Shown here in pieces: positions 35,408 through 38,453 of a stretch of DNA of 38,453 nt. Positions within the stretch are counted from its first letter, which is position 1. Every line of letters starts with the position of its first letter. A program made the position numbers and the translations under genes. The notes beneath the pieces were generated by a model. The model ran no database searches and had not been told where the DNA came from. It was given only the letters and a program-made list of their open reading frames with translations. Source of the stretch: a virus (taxonomy: Duplodnaviria > Caudoviricetes); IMG/VR virus record IMGVR_UViG_3300020221_000047, positions 1-38,453 of that record; one strand, 5' to 3'.

Positions 35408-36415
35408 ATGTTAGTTAGTACAATGAGTATTCCCGCAATCGACTCACTCATCCAAAAGTCTTTCGTAAAAGGACTTGAACGTGAAGCGAGCGATATTCGC
35501 AAAATCTTCCATTCAAAAAAGGGAGACATCGCGAAGAGCGCGGAACGCATTGACGAAATAGACCGCGAGCATTTTGCAGAGCAGAAACTCGAAGGACAGT
35601 CGTCAGCGCAACGTGGTATCGCAACTGGGTACCACAAAGAAATCAGCCCGAAAACAATCTCCGTTTCGCGAATTGTTTCTGGTGAAGCGTACAAACGTCT
35701 TGAAGCGCATGGACTTTCAAGTTATGCGTCTCAAACGGCTGAATACCTTATTGACAAGATTGAATTGGACATGCACAACTTCCTCGGATACGGTGCAAGC
35801 ACTTCATATGTCGATAACGGTGGTTTCACCGTAAACCTTACGGTAGGAGACGGTAAAGCGTTGTTTGACGCAACACATACCTTAAAACACTCTCCGCTTA
35901 CATACTCGAACATCCTCACTGGTGCTCCGTCGCTTAGTGAAAGTTCTCTTGATCTTGCGTCAGATTACTTCGAGTACAACGTGTTGAGCAATTACGGTAT
36001 CCCCGAACCGATGACACCGAACGCTATCATCACAAGCCGAAAGGCGGTCATGGTAAACCGTGTCGCACGTATCCTCGGGTCGTTGTCTCCGCAATCGATA
36101 GAAGGAACCGCAAACGCAAACTCTGGCGTGGTGAACGTAAACAAGAACAAATACGAACACCGCCTTGCTGTTTCGTTTGACGTTGATGCAAACGGTATGA
36201 CAGACGCAACGAAGTCGTTTTACTGGTTCGTGGCTGCCTTGAACAGCAATCCTGCGAAGAGTCTCCAAGCGTATTACTACTCTTGGCTCTCTCCAATGGC
36301 TGCGCCTGTTGAAGTAAACCAAGACAAGTGGACACTTTCATTTACTGGTCGTGCTATGTATAACCTTGGCGCACTCTCCGGTAAAGGTATTTGTGTATCG
36401 TTAGCAACGTCCTAG
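35408..36415 (+). CDS. Major capsid protein (Mu gpT-like, HK97 fold)
   Basis: 335 aa; GDGKALFDATH motif, LSESSL, MTPNAII, YWFV; head-module position. Confidence 0.85.
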   Translation: MLVSTMSIPAIDSLIQKSFVKGLEREASDIRKIFHSKKGDIAKSAERIDEIDREHFAEQKLEGQSSAQRGIATGYHKEISPKTISVSRIVSGEAYKRLEAHGLSSYASQTAEYLIDKIELDMHNFLGYGASTSYVDNGGFTVNLTVGDGKALFDATHTLKHSPLTYSNILTGAPSLSESSLDLASDYFEYNVLSNYGIPEPMTPNAIITSRKAVMVNRVARILGSLSPQSIEGTANANSGVVNVNKNKYEHRLAVSFDVDANGMTDATKSFYWFVAALNSNPAKSLQAYYYSWLSPMAAPVEVNQDKWTLSFTGRAMYNLGALSGKGICVSLATS

Positions 36416-36418
36416 TCG

Positions 36419-36455
36419 GATATTCACCCAGCCCTCTCGGGTTGGGATGAGTATC
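36419..36455 (+). terminator. Long hairpin after the MCP (terminator or mRNA stabiliser)
   Basis: gatattca-cccagccc-tctc-gggttggg-a-tgagtatc. Confidence 0.55.
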
Positions 36456-36486
36456 GGAATTATTATTATTTATTTAGCATACAACT

Positions 36487-36888
36487 ATGCGTACAGTATC
36501 ACCACAAGATGTAATTTTAGACGAAGCATCAGCAAACGGAGCAAGCAAGCCAGTCTTTGTAAAGGATAGTCGTCATATCGTCATAGAAGTCGTCATGACA
36601 GGGTTTACGGGGACACTCAAGTTTTTGGGAGCACAAAAAGATACCGCGGATGGTATTGACTTTAGTGCATCTGCAAGCCTTGCAAACCCCATTGCATATA
36701 TAGAAACCATTGACACGCAAAATACAACAACACCTATTACGGGGAACACAGGTATCACAGGAAGTGGTACGACAAGTGTCCTTTTCCTTGAAGTGAATAA
36801 AAACATGCTGACGTGGATAGGAGCAATCATATCAGGGTATTCCGCAGGTACGGTTACCGTAAAAGTTAGCCACGCAAACGACAACTAA
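36487..36888 (+). CDS. Putative virion structural protein
   Basis: 133-aa beta-rich ORF after the MCP. Confidence 0.6.
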   Translation: MRTVSPQDVILDEASANGASKPVFVKDSRHIVIEVVMTGFTGTLKFLGAQKDTADGIDFSASASLANPIAYIETIDTQNTTTPITGNTGITGSGTTSVLFLEVNKNMLTWIGAIISGYSAGTVTVKVSHANDN

Positions 36889-36890
36889 CT

Positions 36891-37745
36891 ATGTCTGACA
36901 TCATCGAGGAATTACAATCTGAACAAGAATTGCTTGTGCAGTCAATCAACACGCTTAAATCTGAACAAGAATTGCTTGTGCAGTCAATAGAAGCGACACG
37001 CGCAAACAAGGAGAGCATAGAGCGTGAAACAAATGACGCCATTGAGGCGATGCGTGTAAATCTCGCGTCTCAGAAGGAAGTATACGACACAGAAGTTGCG
37101 TATTTGACATCTCGTTTAGTGAATGCCCGCGCTGAACATGAAAAATCAATACAAGTACTGTCTGATGCATACAATGCAATGTCTACAAAAAACGAAGGCA
37201 TGGGAGCAGATATAGAACGAAAGAAAGATGAAGAAGTATCGCTCACGGTAAAAATAAAGAAACTCAAGGACGATAAAGAGACATTGCAGACTGATCTTGA
37301 TCAAGCCAAAGAAACCATATCATCAAAGCAGGATGATATAAAAAAACTTGACGCTATCATCAGCGAAAAAGAAGCACAGTATAAGGATGTTGTCTCAATC
37401 ATTGATACCGCGAACGAACGTATCGCACACATGAAAGCCGAATACGAACAAGTGCAATCGAAACTTCGTGAGTCTGCGGAACGTGTGGAAACGTTAGATA
37501 ACAGACTTCTTGTGTCAAGTGATATAGAACATGATATTGACTTACTCAACGAAACAAAACAATCTCTTGTTGAGGAAATAGAAATGCTTAAACGCGCTTC
37601 TGACGGATTACAAGAAGAACGGAAGGTGTTCGAAAGCAAAGTATTTGCATTTCAGGAACGTATTGCGAAACTTCGTGCTTCACAGGACACGATACGTGCA
37701 TATTATGAACGTGCTGGTATTGCATATACACACATTGATTTTTAA
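36891..37745 (+). CDS. Long coiled-coil protein
   Basis: 284 aa of heptad-like E/K/Q/L sequence. Confidence 0.7.
   Translation: MSDIIEELQSEQELLVQSINTLKSEQELLVQSIEATRANKESIERETNDAIEAMRVNLASQKEVYDTEVAYLTSRLVNARAEHEKSIQVLSDAYNAMSTKNEGMGADIERKKDEEVSLTVKIKKLKDDKETLQTDLDQAKETISSKQDDIKKLDAIISEKEAQYKDVVSIIDTANERIAHMKAEYEQVQSKLRESAERVETLDNRLLVSSDIEHDIDLLNETKQSLVEEIEMLKRASDGLQEERKVFESKVFAFQERIAKLRASQDTIRAYYERAGIAYTHIDF
36916..36988 (+). repeat. 31-bp exact repeat with 42-bp period (two heptads)
   Basis: aatctgaacaagaattgcttgtgcagtcaat at 36916 and 36958 (SEQELLVQSI x2). Confidence 0.95.
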
Positions 37746-37750
37746 TTACC

Positions 37751-38453
37751 ATGTCTTTAGAGATACCAAAATTATGGACACTGGAGAAATGCTCCGAATA
37801 TATAACACCTGCAAATGCTGGTGGTCTACATGTGCGCATAAAGGGTACAAACAGGTATCTAAACTTCAATGACATAAACGGAGAACTTGGATATGGCATT
37901 CGCGATAACGCAGGAGACATTGAAGTAAAACACTCTGGTGGCTCGTGGGCAAAGGTTGGGATAGGTGGAGGCGGCATGTCAATCGGTGGCACTATCACCT
38001 CCGCGACTCAAGGCTCGCTCCTCTTCGCGGGGGCTTCTGGTGTCCTCGCGCAGGACAATGCGAACCTCTTCTGGGACGATACGAACAATCGCCTCTCTCT
38101 TGGTGCTGGGGCTTCTCCTTTGGCACGCTTGCACATAAACGGAGGCACAGGCTCTCTCTCCACCGGGCTTGTGTTCGGCGACGGGGATACGGGCTTGTAT
38201 GAGGCAAGTGATGACGTGCTCCGGCTCCAGACTGCTGGGGCGGATAGGGTCGCGTTTGACTCCACAGGTATGACGCTCTCGCAGAGCATGTATCTGGGGA
38301 ATACCACCTACGCCTCGCAATTCGGTATCATCTACAAAGACTCTGACCGCTTTATCCATAACTTCAATTATGGCAATAACGGGACGGTAACGACGGAGGG
38401 GCAAAACACCTTCCTCGGTATCAATGCAGGGAACTTCACGATGGGGTCTACGG
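37751..38453 (+). CDS. Tail fibre-like protein (3'-truncated, not in ORF track)
   Basis: Open from ATG 37751 to the window end: MSLEIPKLW...GSLLFAGASGVLAQDNANLFWDDTNNRLSLG...ARLHING...NTFLGINAGNFTMGS. Confidence 0.8.
   Translation, partial: MSLEIPKLWTLEKCSEYITPANAGGLHVRIKGTNRYLNFNDINGELGYGIRDNAGDIEVKHSGGSWAKVGIGGGGMSIGGTITSATQGSLLFAGASGVLAQDNANLFWDDTNNRLSLGAGASPLARLHINGGTGSLSTGLVFGDGDTGLYEASDDVLRLQTAGADRVAFDSTGMTLSQSMYLGNTTYASQFGIIYKDSDRFIHNFNYGNNGTVTTEGQNTFLGINAGNFTMGST

Noticed and set aside
36891-37745. Tape measure or SMC protein
   Set aside because: Short, no ATPase motifs, and located before the tail fibre; the similarity is generic coiled-coil.
37945-38404. Short ORFs listed at the right end
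   Set aside because: Alternative frames of the GC-rich tail fibre gene that runs off the window.
1-38453. Stop-codon reassignment
   Set aside because: Genes are intact and densely packed in code 11; TGA, TAG and TAA all end genes at sensible places.

Overview
This window reads as most of a tailed-phage (Caudoviricetes) genome in genetic code 11, almost entirely on the + strand. Order: tail/receptor-binding protein (5'-truncated), ejection-type protein, a 2953-aa polyvalent protein, papain-like endolysin and holin, a lambda-like replication module (initiator with internal iterons, DnaC-like loader, DnaB), recombination genes (Sak4/AAA_24, PD-(D/E)XK exonuclease, SSB, NinB/NinG-like), tRNA-Ile(UAU), small accessory genes, a C5 DNA methyltransferase, terminase, portal, scaffold, Mu-gpT-like major capsid, and a tail fibre (3'-truncated). 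The end of the window functionally leads back to its start, suggesting a circularly permuted contig. I see no integrase, repressor or tape measure. SD-less gene starts, tRNA-Ile(UAU) and the style of SSB and the PG-binding domain suggest a Patescibacteria (Parcubacteria-like) host; this is inference. Most notable: (1) the giant protein carries three unrelated payloads, two ADP-ribosyltransferase-like, each enclosed by the same pair of flanking motifs, with in-frame DNA direct repeats at the right borders, i.e. a candidate swappable effector-cassette system; (2) DnaA-box motifs upstream of several promoters; (3) several highly structured non-coding elements at operon heads. All family calls are by motif recognition only; no searches were run.
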